DNA from: a virus
Taxonomy: Duplodnaviria > Caudoviricetes
Virus record (IMG/VR): IMGVR_UViG_3300044464_000029
Location: 1-63,920 of that record
Length of the DNA stretch: 63,920 nt
Reading direction: 5' to 3' (one strand)
Below the pieces are notes generated by a model that was not told where the DNA came from, searched no databases, and saw only the letters and a list, made by a program, of their open reading frames with translations. This document shows, one piece after another, positions 61,928-63,920 of the stretch (its first letter is position 1; every line of letters begins with the position of its first letter). The position numbers and the translations under genes are program-made.

Positions 61928-63334
61928 TCATCATCCTCATCACTAATTTCTTCAAGCTCTGGATCGAACTTGCTATCACCAATCAGTCTTCGAATCCATT
62001 GCCATTTTTGTTGAATTACCTTGATACGTTTGCCATCGATAGTATCTTTGGCAATGATATCAATAACTTGAACGGCTGATTTCTGTCCGATTCGGTGTAG
62101 TCTATCTTCAGCCTGAAGATTCAATGCATTGGACCAAGATCTGTCTGTGAAAATAACAATACTAGCGGCAGTAAGTGTGATACCAACCCCACCAGCAGCA
62201 ATAGTGCCAGCAAATACCTGTATCTTGCCATCTTGGAAGCCAGAAATGATTCTAGAACGTTCATCACTCGGCGTTTCTCCAATGAACTTCCCACAGGTAA
62301 TACCCTTCTTCTCCAGCCGCTTAGCTAACAGTTTTATTACCTGAGCAAATTGGCTGAACACTACAACTTGTTGTCCTGTGGACTCTATTACATCCATGAC
62401 AGCATCGAGCTTACTTGATGGTTCAGATAGCATCATCTTTTGACGTTCATTGTCCCACTCAGCAAATGCACAAGCAAACTGTTGTAGACGAGTAAGCTGG
62501 GCAATAACTACTGGGGCAACTACCGGCAAATGTTCTTGCTCACCGATCCAAGCTAACATATCATTCTTCATTGAGTTATATGCTCGACGTTGCTGTGGGT
62601 GTAACTCTACATCTATCTGGGTATAATATTTCTCAGGTAGATCAAACAGCACATCTTCCTTCTTTCTACGAATGTAGAAAGCTTCCATTTCTTGCTGTAA
62701 TCTTTCAGGATTGTTAACTCCAACAATTGTTTTATAACCATTGAAGTTATCAAACATAATATGATCATTATAGTATTTCCAATAGCTGGACCAATACTTA
62801 GGATACAACCAATTTAGAATACTCCAGAGATCATCTGGCTTATCAAATGCTGGTGTACCTGTTAGTGCACTTTTATATCCAGCAGGAATTTCCTTTAGAG
62901 CTATGGACTGCTTGGACTTTCTATTCTGAATTGCGTGTGCTTCATCTGCTATTACGTGAAACCACTTTACCTCTGTTAGTTCAGGCATAAGCCGAAGAGC
63001 TGGCCAGTGACAAATGAATACATCATATGCGTCTCCGGCCAGCTCTTCTACAAAATAGCTTCGATCTTTATTATTGATAGGTAAAATCCGCAAGTCAGAT
63101 GACCAAGCAAACCATGCCCTAGTCCAAGTAGAAACCATAGCTAGTGGGCAGATAACTAGTGTCTTAAGTTTGTGATTTGGAAAATCTGATCTACGCTTAA
63201 GATCCAATGCAATTGCCTCTATAGTTTTCCCGAGGCCCAGGTCTCATGTCGTCACCTATGAGAACGGATTTAACCCTCTCAAGTTTTTCAATACATTCCT
63301 TCTGAAAAGGAAACAATTTTAATGGTGACGACAT
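61924..63334 (-). CDS. SNF2-family helicase; frame broken by 7 extra nt in Walker A
   Basis: DEAH, LTGTP and QAEDRLHRIGQ motifs; N-terminus MSSPLKLFPFQ...LIGDDM lies in a different frame from GLGKTIEA. Confidence 0.85.
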
Positions 63335-63336
63335 TT

Positions 63337-63873
63337 TTACATCACCTCCCCAGCTCGGAAGCGTCTAACCGCTTCATACCGACATGTTCTACATTCTCGC
63401 CATCCTCTTGGATCAACATAGATGTTTTCACCAAAAAAGTCATGACCATTTATACATTCTGTTTTCAAAATTCCGTTCAAACCTCGCCTTTGATTTTCTT
63501 TATGTGTCACAGCTTCTAAATCATGAGGACTTACACATTCATGAACACGACACAAATGATCTATGATCAAACCATCTGGAATTAATCCATGGAAAATCAT
63601 ATAAGTTATTATATGCGCTGGACGTTGATTCTTACGTTGATTGTTGAACTTATCTCGATAGCGCCAAGCATATGTTCCATAAAGAGCAGAACCACCTAGT
63701 GCACCGGTCCAAATCCAACAACCATCGTCGTTTAATCTGATTTTCTTTAGGAAGAGTTCTATTCTCATTCCAAAAAGTGGACCTGGTTCATCATAATCAC
63801 CAATTAGTACTGCCTTTACTCGTTCTAGTTTCTCAACTGCCTCTTTTTGGAATGGGAACAGTTTCACGATCAC
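63337..63873 (-). mobile_element. HNH endonuclease fused in frame to a duplicate helicase N-terminus
   Basis: GCWIWTGA, IDHLCRVHECVSPHDLEAVTHKEN; C-terminal CINGH...ECRTC; first 26 aa match the helicase start. Confidence 0.85.
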
Positions 63874-63920
63874 CTCCTAACGGGTTTCTCCACCTGTTAA
63901 TGTCTGATCTAAGATGAATC

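Noticed and set aside
63238-63795. Group I intron around the HNH gene, or 2A/StopGo at the two PGP peptides
   Set aside because: No intron core or U/G junction restoring the motif; the full D(V/I)ExNPGP is absent and StopGo is not known to work on bacterial ribosomes.
1-63920. tRNA genes, integrase, immunity repressor
   Set aside because: None recognised by eye; tRNAscan-SE/ARAGORN and HMM searches would be needed to exclude them formally.

Overview
The window looks like a complete, circularly permuted genome (about 64 kb, low GC by eye) of a lytic tailed dsDNA siphophage, probably infecting an actinobacterium. Joining base 63920 to base 1 closes an ORF cleanly. Layout: minus-strand early/accessory genes (1-17.9 kb); a non-coding divergence region (17.9-18.5 kb); a plus-strand virion module (18.5-43.7 kb) with an intein-containing terminase, Mu-like portal/protease/capsid, tail tube, frameshifted tail chaperone, tape measure and tail tip; and a minus-strand replication module (43.8-63.9 kb) with RuvC-like resolvase, MazG-like protein, UDG-PolA fusion with intein, primase-helicase with intein, SSB, AAA_24 ATPase, Cas4-like nuclease, SNF2 helicase and HNH. 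I recognised no integrase, tRNA, CRISPR array or endolysin. Main unexplained structure: nine consecutive early genes (14.56-17.87 kb) each sit inside their own 25-33 bp inverted-repeat pair, the pairs nearly abut, and most share a mismatch/2 bp/mismatch register that recurs in about 15 intergenic hairpins elsewhere. The two operons carrying these genes also start with an rRNA-boxA-like element. I infer an rRNA-operon-like RNase III processing system releasing end-paired mRNAs. Also seen: dense TGTCCG tiling of 11.7-18.5 kb, CRP-type boxes, a genome-wide CCTGTGGG octamer, two endonuclease genes flanked by synonymously recoded duplicates of their target-gene ends, and a 7-nt coding gap in the helicase Walker A motif. 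All counts are by eye and all family assignments are from motif recognition, not database searches.
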